64,000 nt of DNA from Prochlorococcus sp. AG-335-I21 (GTDB taxonomy: Bacteria; Cyanobacteriota; Cyanobacteriia; PCC-6307; Cyanobiaceae): the NCBI GenBank assembly GCA_003282225.1, contig QBZO01000001.1, positions 2,754-66,753 of the forward strand. Direction: 5' to 3'. A program made the translations under genes and the position numbers. Numbering within the stretch: position 1 is the stretch's first letter; each line of letters begins with the position of its first letter. The notes under the pieces are model-generated. The model worked only from the letters and a program-made list of their open reading frames with translations, ran no database searches and had not been told where the DNA came from. Below are positions 1-10,923 of this stretch, piece by piece.

Positions 1-1
1 A

Positions 2-118
2 GATCCTTTTTTTATCGTGGGAAAACTTATCGAGCAAGGGGCATTATTAATTGAGGATGATGAATTTGATAAAGTTCAACCCTTAATAGAATCTGAGTTA
101 GAAAAGAGTAGTTTTTAA
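2..118 (+). CDS. 3' end of conserved cyanobacterial protein (DUF3727-like), partial
   Basis: Open frame DPFFIVGKLIEQGALLIEDDEFDKVQPLIESELEKSSF* ending TAA 116-118, directly upstream of YqeG. Confidence 0.7.
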   Translation, partial: DPFFIVGKLIEQGALLIEDDEFDKVQPLIESELEKSSF

Positions 119-122
119 AATA

Positions 123-617
123 ATGAGTTCTCTTGTAAATGTCTATTGGGACTCTAAATTACCTATATATGAAATATCTCATTTAAAACTACAAAATGAA
201 GGAATTAAAAGCTTATTAATAGATGTTGATGGGACATTATTAAGTCGCCAATCAAATATAGTTCCAATAAATGTAAAAAATTGGATAAAAGAATCTAAAA
301 AATTATTCTCTTTGTACTTAATTAGTAATAATCCCTCTAATGAACGAATTAGAAAGATTGCTAAGGAATTAGATATCAGATATAGATCAAACGCTTTGAA
401 ACCAAGGAAAAAAATTACTTTGGATGTAATTTCAGAAATGAATGAGGACTCAAAAAATATTGCAATAATAGGAGATAGAATTTTTACAGATATTATCGTG
501 GGCAATAGATGTAATATTCAAACAATATTAGTTAAAAGATTAAGCAAAAATGGATTACCAATAAAGATAAATTTAACATTAATCCTAGAAAAAATGATTT
601 CTAATTTCTTAAAATGA
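123..617 (+). CDS. YqeG family HAD-IIIA phosphatase
   Basis: DVDGTL motif I, SNN, KP and GDRIFTD motifs. Confidence 0.9.
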   Translation: MSSLVNVYWDSKLPIYEISHLKLQNEGIKSLLIDVDGTLLSRQSNIVPINVKNWIKESKKLFSLYLISNNPSNERIRKIAKELDIRYRSNALKPRKKITLDVISEMNEDSKNIAIIGDRIFTDIIVGNRCNIQTILVKRLSKNGLPIKINLTLILEKMISNFLK

Positions 618-1696
618 AAAAATGGGTCGTAAAAATTGGTACTAGTATTCTCAGAGGAAATGAGGATGAATCTACAGAACAAGTAATAGAAAGTTTATGT
701 AAATCTCTAACAAGTTTTATTTTAAAAGGAAATAAAGTCATTCTCGTAACAAGTGGCGCGGTTGGATTAGGATGTAAAAAATTAAATTTGAATACAAGAC
801 CAAAGGAACTAAGTGCACTTCAAGCTGTAGCTGCAGTAGGACAAGTTAATTTAATGACTTTATATGAAAAGACAATGAAAAAGCTAGGTCATAATATAGC
901 TCAAATACTAATAACAAAAACTGATTTTGATTCACGAGAATCCTTCAATAATGCTTCAAAAACATTTCAAAAGTTAATTGATCTGAATGTCATACCTATA
1001 GTCAACGAGAATGATTCTATTGCCAATGAAGAGCTTAAATATGGAGACAACGATACTCTTTCTGCTTTAGTTGCTTTAGCCATAAATGCCAATAGGCTGA
1101 TTTTATTAACTGATATAGAAAATTTATATTCAAAAGACCCAAGAAATAATGAAGATGCTCATCCAATAAAAGAAGTTAATAGTAATCAATTAAAAATTAT
1201 AAAAGATAAAAACATCCAAAATTATAATAACGAATGGGGGACAGGTGGTATTACAACAAAATTAATTGCTGCTGAAATAGCAACAAAAGGAGGGGTAGAA
1301 GTTCAATTAGCCGATGGCAGAAATGAAAATAATTTAATAAATATTTTCAATGAAAAAAAAATAGGGACAATATTTCATCCTGTTGATAAACCAGTAGGTA
1401 ATAAAAAAAGTTGGTTATCTCATGCTATTAAAACAGTTGGACAAATAACATTAGATGAAGGTGCTTGTCTGGCAATTGAGCAAAAAGGTGCCTCTCTTCT
1501 AGTTGTAGGAGTTAAAGAGGTAGAGGGAGATTTTACTGTTAATCAGGCTGTTAGAATTGTAAATACTGATAAGAAAGAAGTTGCAAAAGGTATAACATCA
1601 ATGAGTAGTGATTCTCTAAAAAGAATCTTAAATAAAAAAGAAAACATTAATTCATCAATGATCGTTGTTCATAGGGATGTTCTTGCTCTTACCTAA
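614..1696 (+). CDS. proB: Glutamate 5-kinase
   Basis: [35 protein letters not shown] and C-terminal PUA domain. Confidence 0.97.
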   Translation: MKKWVVKIGTSILRGNEDESTEQVIESLCKSLTSFILKGNKVILVTSGAVGLGCKKLNLNTRPKELSALQAVAAVGQVNLMTLYEKTMKKLGHNIAQILITKTDFDSRESFNNASKTFQKLIDLNVIPIVNENDSIANEELKYGDNDTLSALVALAINANRLILLTDIENLYSKDPRNNEDAHPIKEVNSNQLKIIKDKNIQNYNNEWGTGGITTKLIAAEIATKGGVEVQLADGRNENNLINIFNEKKIGTIFHPVDKPVGNKKSWLSHAIKTVGQITLDEGACLAIEQKGASLLVVGVKEVEGDFTVNQAVRIVNTDKKEVAKGITSMSSDSLKRILNKKENINSSMIVVHRDVLALT

Positions 1697-1710
1697 AAAA
1701 AAATCGAAAA

Positions 1711-2745
1711 ATGTTATTAAGTAAATTAGTTGATCTCATAAAAAGTGGAGATTCAAAATTTATCAAAGCAAACATATTCGAAAATATAGATATAGAAAAT
1801 GCTGCTTCTTTAGATATTGCATCAAAAAATCAAATATCCTTTTTAGAAGAAAATAATATATTGAAAGATAATTTAGGAAAAACTTCTGCTTCAGCAATTA
1901 TCACATCTAATAATAATGAAATATTAGGTTTACTAGAATCACTAAATATTTCAAATATAGTTGTAGAGAATCCAAGAATAGCATTTGCGGAAGTATTAAA
2001 TTTTCTATATGAAGAAATTAATTTCAACCCAGGTATTGACGATTCAGCTGTTATCAGAAGTTCGGCAAAAATAGGAGAAAATTGTTATATAGGACCTAAT
2101 GTTTATATTGGCGAAAATTCAATAATTGGAGACAATAACAAAATTTTTCCTGGTACAACTATTTTAGGAAACGTAAGATTAGGAAATAATAATGAAATTC
2201 ATCCGAATTGTGTAATTTATGAAAACACAAGCATTGAAAATAATTGTGTAATAAATTCAAATACTGTCATAGGTTCTGAAGGGTTTGGTTTTATTCCCCA
2301 AGATGGTAAGTGGATTAAAATGCCTCAAAAAGGTTGTGTAATAATAAAGAGCTTTGTTGAAATTGGGACAAACTGTTGTATTGATAGGCCATCTGTCGGT
2401 AATACATTTATAGATGAAGGAACTAAGATGGATAACTTAGTTCAAATAGGTCATGGAGTTAAAATAGGAAAAAATTGTGCATTTGCTGCTCAAGTTGGAA
2501 TAGCAGGAGGAGCTGTGATTGGAAATAGCGTAATCCTAGCTGGACAAGTAGGAGTTAATAACAGAGTGAAAGTTGGCAATAATGTCATAGCTAGTTCAAA
2601 ATGTGGGATCCATTGTGATATTGAAGATGGAGAAGTTGTTAGCGGCTTCCCAGCTATGAAAAATAAATCTTGGTTAAGGAGTTCAAGTGTTTTTAAAAAA
2701 CTACCTGAATTAGCAAAAAAGCTTAGACAACTAGACAAGAAATAA
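1711..2745 (+). CDS. lpxD: UDP-3-O-acylglucosamine N-acyltransferase
   Basis: Hexapeptide repeats, IGSEGFGF, KMDNLVQIGHGV. Confidence 0.96.
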   Translation: MLLSKLVDLIKSGDSKFIKANIFENIDIENAASLDIASKNQISFLEENNILKDNLGKTSASAIITSNNNEILGLLESLNISNIVVENPRIAFAEVLNFLYEEINFNPGIDDSAVIRSSAKIGENCYIGPNVYIGENSIIGDNNKIFPGTTILGNVRLGNNNEIHPNCVIYENTSIENNCVINSNTVIGSEGFGFIPQDGKWIKMPQKGCVIIKSFVEIGTNCCIDRPSVGNTFIDEGTKMDNLVQIGHGVKIGKNCAFAAQVGIAGGAVIGNSVILAGQVGVNNRVKVGNNVIASSKCGIHCDIEDGEVVSGFPAMKNKSWLRSSSVFKKLPELAKKLRQLDKK

Positions 2746-2773
2746 ATTATTCTTTTAATAAATTAAAAACTAA

Positions 2774-3847
2774 ATGAAAAGATATAAAGTTGTTCTACTT
2801 TCTGGAGATGGCATAGGCCCAGAAATATCAGAAATTTCAATAAACATATTAAAAAGACTATCTCAAAAACATAATTTTGATATTGAGATTAAAGAAGAAT
2901 GTTTTGGTGGTATAGCTTATGAGAGACACAATGATCCTGCACCAAAAGAGACATTAGATCAGTGTAAAGCTAGTGATGCTGTACTTTTGGCTTGTGTAGG
3001 TGATGTGAAATACGATACTTTACCAAGAGAACTAAGGCCAGAAAGTGGTTTACTAAAATTAAGAGCAGCATTAAATTTATTCGCTAACATAAGACCCGTA
3101 AAGATAAGAAAATCCTTACTGGATTCAAGTTCTTTAAAAAAAGAAGTTATTGAAAATGTAGATTTAATAGTAGTTAGAGAGCTTATAGGTGGAATCTATT
3201 TTGGAAAGCCAAGAGGACAAATCACGAACACTAAACTTAAAAAAGCTTTCAATACAATGGTTTATGATTCAAATGAAATAGAAAGAATTACAGAAGTTGC
3301 GATTAAGATAGCAAATCAAAGAAATAAAAAAATATGTTCGGTAGATAAATCAAACGTATTAGAAGTAAGCCAATTATGGAGAGATACAGTTTCATTAGTC
3401 GCCTCAAAAGAAAACGATTTAGCTTTAAGTAATATGTACGTTGATAATGCCGCCATGCAACTCGTAAAGGATCCTGGCCAATTTGATGTAATTTTAACTA
3501 GCAATTTATTCGGAGATATTTTGAGTGACCTCGCCGCAATGATAACTGGCTCAATTGGAATGCTTCCATCAGCATCATTAAGCAATTCAGGACCTGGAGT
3601 TTTTGAACCTGTACATGGTTCTGCTCCTGATATAGCTGGAAAAAATATAGCTAATCCCATTGCGATGGCTTTGTCTACTTCAATGATGCTTAAAATTGGT
3701 CTAAATGAGATAGAAGCAGCAGAAGACATAGAAATAGCAATTGATAATGTTTTATCTAAAGGATATAGAACTTCAGATCTAGATAATGGTACTTGTCAAG
3801 TTCTTTCGTGTAGCGAAATTGGAGAAAAAATAATCCAAGAAATTTGA
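2774..3847 (+). CDS. leuB: 3-isopropylmalate dehydrogenase
   Basis: GDGIGPEI, VDKSNVL, EPVHGSAPDIAGK. Confidence 0.98.
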   Translation: MKRYKVVLLSGDGIGPEISEISINILKRLSQKHNFDIEIKEECFGGIAYERHNDPAPKETLDQCKASDAVLLACVGDVKYDTLPRELRPESGLLKLRAALNLFANIRPVKIRKSLLDSSSLKKEVIENVDLIVVRELIGGIYFGKPRGQITNTKLKKAFNTMVYDSNEIERITEVAIKIANQRNKKICSVDKSNVLEVSQLWRDTVSLVASKENDLALSNMYVDNAAMQLVKDPGQFDVILTSNLFGDILSDLAAMITGSIGMLPSASLSNSGPGVFEPVHGSAPDIAGKNIANPIAMALSTSMMLKIGLNEIEAAEDIEIAIDNVLSKGYRTSDLDNGTCQVLSCSEIGEKIIQEI

Positions 3848-3936
3848 ATAAAAAATTAATAAATAAAAAATATCTTTAACTTGAACAAAAAGTTGGCATA
3901 TGACCTGTCAGAATCAATAGATATTGTTTTAATTAA

Positions 3937-4839
3937 ATGTCTAAACGTCATCCAGTAGTTGCTGTAACAGGATCATCAGGTGCAGGAACAAGTACAGTAA
4001 AAAGAGCATTTGAGCATATTTTTGCAAGAGAAGATATAGTTCCAGCTGTTGTGGAAGGAGATAGTTATCACAGGTTTGAAAGAATGCCTATGAAAAAAGC
4101 AATGGCAGAAGCACTCGCAAAAGGGGAGAATTTTTCTCACTTCGGGCCAGAAGCAAATCTTTTTGACAAATTAGAAGAACTTTTTAAAATTTATGGTGAA
4201 TCAGGTGGAGGGGAAAAAAGATATTATCTTCATAGCACTGAAGAAGCTCAGGAACATAATGCAAGATTAGGAACATCATTAGAGCCTGGTCAATTCACTC
4301 CATGGGAAGATATTCCAAATGGAACAGATGTTCTTTTCTACGAAGGTTTACATGGTGGCGTTGAGGGAGAAGGATACAATGTTTCCTCCTATGCAGACTT
4401 ACTTGTTGGTGTTGTGCCAATTACAAACTTAGAGTGGATACAAAAAATACATCGAGATAATGCTGAAAGAGGTTATTCAGCAGAAACCATAGTAGATACT
4501 ATTTTGAGAAGAATGCCAGACTACATAAATCATATTTGTCCACAATTTAGTAAAACGGATATAAATTTTCAGAGAATACCTACTATTGATACATCGAATC
4601 CCTTTATATGTAGAAACATTCCTACACCAGATGAAAGTTTTGTAATAATACATTTCAGAAAAGGGGCAAGAGAAAAATGGGGGATTGACTTTCAATATCT
4701 TTTGGGAATGATTCATGATTCATTCATGTCAAGCCCAACGAGCATAGTTGTTAATGGAGGGAAAATGGGTTTTGCCATGGAATTGATCCTCACTCCTATA
4801 ATCCATAAAATGATTGAAGAAAAAAACATTCATAGATAG
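3937..4839 (+). CDS. prk: Phosphoribulokinase (proteobacterial-type, as in alpha-cyanobacteria)
   Basis: MSKRHPVVAVTGSSGAGT, EGDSYHR, YEGLHG. Confidence 0.95.
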   Translation: MSKRHPVVAVTGSSGAGTSTVKRAFEHIFAREDIVPAVVEGDSYHRFERMPMKKAMAEALAKGENFSHFGPEANLFDKLEELFKIYGESGGGEKRYYLHSTEEAQEHNARLGTSLEPGQFTPWEDIPNGTDVLFYEGLHGGVEGEGYNVSSYADLLVGVVPITNLEWIQKIHRDNAERGYSAETIVDTILRRMPDYINHICPQFSKTDINFQRIPTIDTSNPFICRNIPTPDESFVIIHFRKGAREKWGIDFQYLLGMIHDSFMSSPTSIVVNGGKMGFAMELILTPIIHKMIEEKNIHR

Positions 4840-5018
4840 TTTTAGTTACTTTTATTTAAACCTTCAAAATAATCTTAATTTTTGAAGACATAAATTCATT
4901 AAAATTTAATTCTTATGGTATTTGTAAAATATAACTAATAAGAAATCTCAAATATTTATATATCTTCCTTGATAAAAGGGCCTTATTTAGACTTAAATAG
5001 AAAAAAACAGAGAATATT

Positions 5019-5897
5019 GTGTCTTTAATCGACTGGTTTGCCGCAAGGAGAAAAGATCAATTTGTTGGGAAGGTATCTCAAGATCCTGAGGAAAGTGATG
5101 GTCTTTGGGTTAAATGTTCAGAATGTGGGCAAGTTGCTTATAGAAAAGATTTAATTTCAAATTTTAATGTTTGCAGTAATTGTGACCATCATAATAGGAT
5201 TAATAGCGATGAAAGAATAAATATAATCGCTGACAAAGATTCATTTAAAGAGTTTGATGAATCATTAAGCCCAACTGACCCATTGAAATTTAAAGATAGG
5301 AGATCTTATTCAGACCGAATAAAGGAGAGTCAACAAGGTACTGGTCTCAAAGATGGAGTAACAACTGGTTTATGCTCTGTTAATTCAATGCCTTTGGCCT
5401 TAGCAGTCATGGATTTTAGATTTATGGGAGGATCAATGGGATCAGTAGTAGGAGAAAAGATTACTAGAATTATTGAAAGAGCAACAATTAAAAACTATCC
5501 AATTTTAATTGTTTGTGCCTCTGGTGGAGCAAGAATGCAAGAGGGAATGTTAAGCCTTATGCAAATGGCAAAAATATCAGGTGCACTAAAAAAACATAGA
5601 GCTAAAAATCTTCTTTACATGCCTTTATTAACTCATCCAACTACGGGGGGAGTTACTGCTAGTTTTGCGATGTTAGGAGATCTAATATTGGCGGAGCCAA
5701 AAGCTCTTATTGGATTTGCAGGGAGAAGAGTAATAGAACAAACTTTAAGAGAAAAATTACCTGATAATTTTCAAACAGCAGAATATCTTTTAGAACATGG
5801 ATTCGTTGATGTAATCGTAAAAAGACAGGAACTTAAAAGCACTTTGACAAAACTTTTAAAAGTCCATGGCGTAAAAGAACTGGCTCAGACAAATTAA
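5019..5897 (+). CDS. accD: Acetyl-CoA carboxylase carboxyltransferase beta subunit
   Basis: C4 zinc finger, [32 protein letters not shown]; GTG start. Confidence 0.98.
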   Translation: MSLIDWFAARRKDQFVGKVSQDPEESDGLWVKCSECGQVAYRKDLISNFNVCSNCDHHNRINSDERINIIADKDSFKEFDESLSPTDPLKFKDRRSYSDRIKESQQGTGLKDGVTTGLCSVNSMPLALAVMDFRFMGGSMGSVVGEKITRIIERATIKNYPILIVCASGGARMQEGMLSLMQMAKISGALKKHRAKNLLYMPLLTHPTTGGVTASFAMLGDLILAEPKALIGFAGRRVIEQTLREKLPDNFQTAEYLLEHGFVDVIVKRQELKSTLTKLLKVHGVKELAQTN

Positions 5898-5901
5898 AAA
5901 G

Positions 5902-6291
5902 ATGAAAATTATTTTTAAATTTTTTTCTTTATTTTTTACCTTTTTAATTCTAATTTTAAATAACTCTGAATTTGTATATGCTGTTAGTAATGTAGATTGG
6001 GTACTTTTAAAAGAAAATAATGATGGTAAGGAATGGATTGATATGGGAAGTATTAGCGAAATAAATGCTGAAGAAATATCAGTTTTAACAAAGTTCCTTA
6101 AAAATCCTAAAGAACCAAGCGATAAAGAAGAATTATCTCTTTATGTTATGAGAATTAATTGTAATGATAAAACATATAAAGATACTTCAATTAATGGGAT
6201 CCCACAGTTCGGTTCAAAGTGGCAAACTTCAAATAATGATGAGCTTATTGATGTTGTTATTGAAAAAAGTTGTTCTGAAAGAGTAAATTAA
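5902..6291 (+). CDS. Exported hypothetical protein
   Basis: Signal-peptide-like N-terminus, two Cys, co-oriented with neighbours. Confidence 0.75.
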   Translation: MKIIFKFFSLFFTFLILILNNSEFVYAVSNVDWVLLKENNDGKEWIDMGSISEINAEEISVLTKFLKNPKEPSDKEELSLYVMRINCNDKTYKDTSINGIPQFGSKWQTSNNDELIDVVIEKSCSERVN

Positions 6292-7394
6292 TGAATAATA
6301 GAAATAATCCACAAAAATTAAGAATTGCAATTGCCGGCTTAGGTTTTGGGAAAAAAATTCATTTAGAGGCCTTAAAAGAATCAGATTACTTAATTCCAAC
6401 TGCAATTTATCACTATAAACAGGAAAAAGGACCATCATTAGAAAAAGAAACTGGTTTAAATTTTTATGATGATTGGGAAAAATTAGTTAAATCTAGAGAT
6501 ATAGACGGTATCATAATTGCTACATCTCCTGAATCTAGATTTAAATTAGCAAAGCAAGCACTAGAGAATAATAAACATCTCTTGTTAGAAAAACCTGTTG
6601 CCTTAACTTCCGAAGAAATTGAAGAACTCCATAGAATATCCTTAATAAATAATTTAAGTGCTTGCGTAGATTTTGAATATAGAGCAGTACCTCTTTTTCT
6701 ACAAACCAAGAAAATAATTGACGAGAATATTTTAGGTAAAATTTATTTAATTAAATTAGATTGGTTAATGGGCAGCAGATCAGATCCAAAAAGGGCTTGG
6801 AACTGGTATTCATTAAAAGAAAAAGGCGGAGGAGTAATTGGAGCTTTAGGGACTCACGCATTTGATATGTTGAACTGGTTTTTTGGAGAATCTATCAAGG
6901 CATCTGCAAAATTATCAACATCAATCAAGGAAAGATCATTGCCTAATAAATCCAAGTTATTGGAAGTAACAAGTGAAGATATTTGTATAGCAAACCTTGA
7001 AATTAATAATTTCGGGGGCTCACCTATACCATGTCAGGTTTCATTATCCTCGATTTCAAAAAATGGAAGAGGATTTAGTTTAGAAGTTTACGGAAGCGAA
7101 GGTTCACTTTTCCTTAGGAGTGAGAATCAAAAAGACTATGTGCATGGTTTTAGTTTAAAATTTTCAAATATAGAAGATAATATTTGTAATCTACCTGCTG
7201 ATCCTCATTTTAATTTCAAAAAAACCTGGACTGATGGAAGAATTGCTCCGGTGAAGAGAATTCATGATTTATGGGCAAAGAGTATTAATAATCAAACACC
7301 AGTAATCCCTGGATTATCTGAGGGACTAAGAAGTCAAAGAGTTTGCGAAGCCATAAGAAAATCATCAGAAACTGGTATAAGTATAAAAATTTAG
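6291..7394 (+). CDS. Gfo/Idh/MocA family oxidoreductase
   Basis: GLGFG, EKP, GGVIGALGTHAFD. Confidence 0.92.
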   Translation: MNNRNNPQKLRIAIAGLGFGKKIHLEALKESDYLIPTAIYHYKQEKGPSLEKETGLNFYDDWEKLVKSRDIDGIIIATSPESRFKLAKQALENNKHLLLEKPVALTSEEIEELHRISLINNLSACVDFEYRAVPLFLQTKKIIDENILGKIYLIKLDWLMGSRSDPKRAWNWYSLKEKGGGVIGALGTHAFDMLNWFFGESIKASAKLSTSIKERSLPNKSKLLEVTSEDICIANLEINNFGGSPIPCQVSLSSISKNGRGFSLEVYGSEGSLFLRSENQKDYVHGFSLKFSNIEDNICNLPADPHFNFKKTWTDGRIAPVKRIHDLWAKSINNQTPVIPGLSEGLRSQRVCEAIRKSSETGISIKI

Positions 7395-7409
7395 TGTGTT
7401 TAAAAACTT

Positions 7410-7453
7410 AGTAGTGTTTGCTACTTGACAATGTGTCGAATTTATTTTATTTT
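7410..7453 (+). promoter_or_regulatory. Candidate NtcA box and promoter upstream of aldolase
   Basis: AGTA-gtgtttgc-TACT (7410-7425), TTGACA at 7425-7430, TAN3T (TATTTT) at 7448, 23 nt after the box. Confidence 0.45.
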
Positions 7454-7496
7454 TTCTTCATATTCTGGAAAAATCAATTATCCCAAATTCAAAAGA

Positions 7497-8564
7497 ATGG
7501 CATTAAATTATTACAAAAATGAGCTTAAAGAAAATGCTCAACTTTTAGCTTCCAAAGGTAAAGGAATATTAGCTGTAGACGAATCAACTAAAACAGTAGG
7601 AAAACGATTAGCTGGTATTGGAGTTGAAAATACTGAGGAGAATAGAAAAGCATACAGAGGGATGCTTTTCACAACAGAAGGTCTTGGGAAATATATAAGT
7701 GGTGCAATCCTTTTTGAGGAGACTCTTTTTCAAGATCATCAAGATGGTGAACCAATGGTGAAAAAACTAAATGATTTGGGAATTATCCCTGGTATTAAGG
7801 TTGATAAAGGGCTGAATCCACTTCCTGGTGGAGGAGACGTAGAAACCTTTTGTTCTGGTTTAGATGGATTAGTCGGAAGAGCCGCTAAATATTATGAACA
7901 AGGAGCCAGATTTGCAAAATGGAGAGCAGTTCTACAAATAACAAACGATGGTTGCCCTTCAAAATTATCTATACAAGAGAATGCATGGGGATTAGCTAGA
8001 TATGCAAGATCTGTACAAGAATCAGGATTAGTCCCAATTATTGAACCTGAAATCTTAATGGATGGTAATCACACTATTGAAAAAACTGCTCAGGTACAAG
8101 AAGAAGTCATAAAACAGGTTTACATAGCTTGTCAGGCTAATGGGGTTTTCCTTGAAGGAACACTCTTAAAACCTTCAATGACAGTAAATGGTGCAGAGTG
8201 TGCAACTAAGGCTGATCCTATGAAAGTTGCTGAAATGACAATAAGGACAATGGAAAGATGTGTTCCTGCATCCGTTCCAGGGATTGTTTTCTTATCCGGA
8301 GGTTTAAGTGAAGAAGCTGCATCAGTTTATTTAAACAATATGAATACTCTTTATAGAAAAGCTTTGTGGAACGTTTCATTCTCTTACGGAAGAGCTTTAC
8401 AACACTCTTGCTTAAAAGCATGGAGAGGTAGTGATATAGAAGCTGGTCAGAAAGCATTAATAGCTAGAGCGCAAGCAAATTCTGAGGCTTCAAAAGGTTC
8501 ATATGTTGCTGGATCTCAACCTTCATCTGACGAACAGCTATTTGTTGCTGGATACACTTATTAA
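7497..8564 (+). CDS. Fructose-bisphosphate aldolase class I (eukaryote-type)
   Basis: GKGILAVDES, GIKVDKG, EGTLLKPSM, FLSGG, SFSYGRALQ, C-terminal GYTY; ATG 7497 preferred over TTG 7425. Confidence 0.95.
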   Translation: MALNYYKNELKENAQLLASKGKGILAVDESTKTVGKRLAGIGVENTEENRKAYRGMLFTTEGLGKYISGAILFEETLFQDHQDGEPMVKKLNDLGIIPGIKVDKGLNPLPGGGDVETFCSGLDGLVGRAAKYYEQGARFAKWRAVLQITNDGCPSKLSIQENAWGLARYARSVQESGLVPIIEPEILMDGNHTIEKTAQVQEEVIKQVYIACQANGVFLEGTLLKPSMTVNGAECATKADPMKVAEMTIRTMERCVPASVPGIVFLSGGLSEEAASVYLNNMNTLYRKALWNVSFSYGRALQHSCLKAWRGSDIEAGQKALIARAQANSEASKGSYVAGSQPSSDEQLFVAGYTY

Positions 8565-8588
8565 AGGATTAACTCTTAAATACAAGTA

Positions 8589-8626
8589 CAATAAAAAAGA
8601 CCACAAATATGTGGTCTTTTTTATTG
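8589..8626. terminator. Bidirectional intrinsic terminator between aldolase and purQ
   Basis: Perfect 17-bp inverted repeat caataaaaaagaccaca-aata-tgtggtcttttttattg with A/T tracts on both sides, between convergent genes. Confidence 0.88.
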
Positions 8627-9286
8627 AGTAATTAAAGACTTCAAAGTATATAGACCATCTATTCCGCCAATAGATTTATCACAAGCTCGTTCAGGATGAG
8701 GCATTAATCCTAAAACATTTCCTTTTTCATTAGTTATGCCTGCTATGTCAGAGATAGAACCATTAGGATTATTCTTGTATTTCAATGCAATTAAATCATT
8801 ATCAGTAAGTTTTTTAAGTGTATCTTGATCGCAATGATAACGACCTTCTCCATGAGCTATTGGTAATTTTATATTTTGTGTTTCGTCTAACTTTTGAAAC
8901 CAACCGCCTTTCGAAGTGGTCACATTCAAGTCAACATCATCACAGATGAAATTGAGATTTTTATTAGCAACAAGTGCTCCAGGAAGAAACCCTGATTCAG
9001 TTAAAATCTGAAACCCATTACATATTCCTAATACACGTCTTCCGCTTTTAACAAAGTCATGTAAAGAATTTATTAATGGAGAGAATCTTGCGATTGCTCC
9101 ACATCTTAAATAATCACCATAACTAAATCCTCCTGGCAAAACAATTGAATCAACATCATTCAAATCAGATGATTCATGCCATAAGAATTTTGTTTTAATG
9201 TCTAAACAACCTTCTAAAGCCCAGGAAACATCACGGTCACAATTAGAACCAGGGAACACAACAATACCAACTGTAAAATTAGCCAT
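8621..9286 (-). CDS. purQ: FGAM synthase glutaminase subunit
   Basis: [33 protein letters not shown]. Confidence 0.98.
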   Translation of the reverse strand: MANFTVGIVVFPGSNCDRDVSWALEGCLDIKTKFLWHESSDLNDVDSIVLPGGFSYGDYLRCGAIARFSPLINSLHDFVKSGRRVLGICNGFQILTESGFLPGALVANKNLNFICDDVDLNVTTSKGGWFQKLDETQNIKLPIAHGEGRYHCDQDTLKKLTDNDLIALKYKNNPNGSISDIAGITNEKGNVLGLMPHPERACDKSIGGIDGLYTLKSLITQ

Positions 9287-9539
9287 TTATAATTTTTTTT
9301 ATTGAATATTCATAGTCTTCAATGACTGTATTAGCAAATAATCGATCACATAATAGATCAATTTTTTCTTTAATATCTTCTTCATTACTTTCGATTTTAA
9401 CTTCAATCATTTTTCCTATTCTTAAAGATTTAATTCCTGTAACACCAAGTTTCATGGAAGCAGACTTTATTGCCTCTCCTGCCGGATCAAGAACGGAAGG
9501 TCTTAACCTTATAAAAACTTTAACTTCAAATTGATCCAA
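9279..9539 (-). CDS. purS: FGAM synthase subunit PurS
   Basis: [18 protein letters not shown]; overlaps purQ start. Confidence 0.95.
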   Translation of the reverse strand: MDQFEVKVFIRLRPSVLDPAGEAIKSASMKLGVTGIKSLRIGKMIEVKIESNEEDIKEKIDLLCDRLFANTVIEDYEYSIKKIING

Positions 9540-9639
9540 TTAAAAAATTATTTCTAATAGAAGAATAGTTTAAATTTTAATATAAAAGTACTCTTAATTA
9601 ATAAACAAATATTTTTATCATTAAAAATAAAAAAATTAA

Positions 9640-9825
9640 TTAAACGTTTACATAACCCTTACCAAAACATTCCAAACAAGTTCTTCTTGAGTTTTCAGGC
9701 GTTTTAAAATTACCTGACCCAGCACATTTAGAACAAATAACTTTAAAACAAGGAATTGAATCTTCAGTAAGAATACTAGCTTTAAAAGCAATTTTTAAAT
9801 CTTCCATTTTCAACATTGAAATCAA
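9640..9825 (-). CDS. Small DnaJ-type zinc-finger protein
   Basis: Two CxxCxGxG repeats (CSKCAGSG, CLECFGKG); start uncertain (9825, 9816 or 9807). Confidence 0.75.
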   Translation of the reverse strand: MISMLKMEDLKIAFKASILTEDSIPCFKVICSKCAGSGNFKTPENSRRTCLECFGKGYVNV

Positions 9826-9861
9826 GGGAATTTTTCCAGAATCAAATATAAAATTAAATGC

Positions 9862-10914
9862 TTATTTATGGACGTTTAAAACCTTAAATTTCTCTTTAAT
9901 TTTTTTTATAAATTTATTAATCGATTCAATATCAAAGGAAATTATGACTAGTTCAAGTCCACCACTATCAATTGGTCTCCAACAATTAAGAGGTGCTTCT
10001 TCATACCAAGTATTTATTTTTTTTCCAACTATTTGTATTTGCAAAGGTAATGATTTATTTGGAATCCATATACGTCCTTTTATTCGAAGAATATTAGTTT
10101 CACTTAAAACGTTTGCTATCTCTTTCTCAAATTCTTTTTTTTCAAGAAAATAATTTAACTTTACTAAATCAGAGACAAGTTCAACATGATTATGATCATG
10201 TTCTTCAGAAATAAATTTTTTATTATTCTTTTTTAAATCAATGTCAAATATATATTTTAAATCAATTTTTCCATTAAGAGATTTAAGAATGGGAACACTT
10301 GAGTTAAACTTTTCTTTGATTATATTTTTGATAGATTTAAATTCTTTTTCATTTAAAACATCTGCTCTAGATATTAGAACGATATCAGAAACCTCTAACT
10401 GTTCTTCAAAGAGTTCGTCAATGGATGCATTATGATCAATCTTATTTAACTCATCGTACTGATTAGTTATTTCATTTAAATCATTTATTGGAGAGCCCTT
10501 AAGCATTGACTCTCCATTGACTATGCCAATCACGAGATCAAGATATATTGATGTCCTTATCTCAGGCCAATTGAGTGCTTGTATCAATGGTAAGGGTAAG
10601 GCAAGTCCACTCGTCTCAATGATTATTGCTTCTATGTCAGGATTAAAATTTAAAAGTGATTTTATCGATGGAATAAAATCATCTTGAACGGTGCAACATA
10701 AACAACCATTATTTAGTTCAATAATACAGCCTTCATCAGAATCATCACAGCCATTGCAGCTCTTAACCAAGTCTCCATCAATCCCAACATCACCAAATTC
10801 GTTAATTATTAAACCAAATTTTTTATTGCTCTCTCTAAGTAAATATCTTAAAAAAGTAGTCTTACCTGAGCCAAGAAATCCAGAAATTACAATTACAGGT
10901 ATTCTTTTATTCAT
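9862..10914 (-). CDS. cobW: CobW/COG0523 GTPase metallochaperone
   Basis: GFLGSGKTT, GCLCCTVQDDF, ETSG, short His patch, RIKG. Confidence 0.88.
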   Translation of the reverse strand: MNKRIPVIVISGFLGSGKTTFLRYLLRESNKKFGLIINEFGDVGIDGDLVKSCNGCDDSDEGCIIELNNGCLCCTVQDDFIPSIKSLLNFNPDIEAIIIETSGLALPLPLIQALNWPEIRTSIYLDLVIGIVNGESMLKGSPINDLNEITNQYDELNKIDHNASIDELFEEQLEVSDIVLISRADVLNEKEFKSIKNIIKEKFNSSVPILKSLNGKIDLKYIFDIDLKKNNKKFISEEHDHNHVELVSDLVKLNYFLEKKEFEKEIANVLSETNILRIKGRIWIPNKSLPLQIQIVGKKINTWYEEAPLNCWRPIDSGGLELVIISFDIESINKFIKKIKEKFKVLNVHK

Positions 10915-10923
10915 ATTTGTTTT

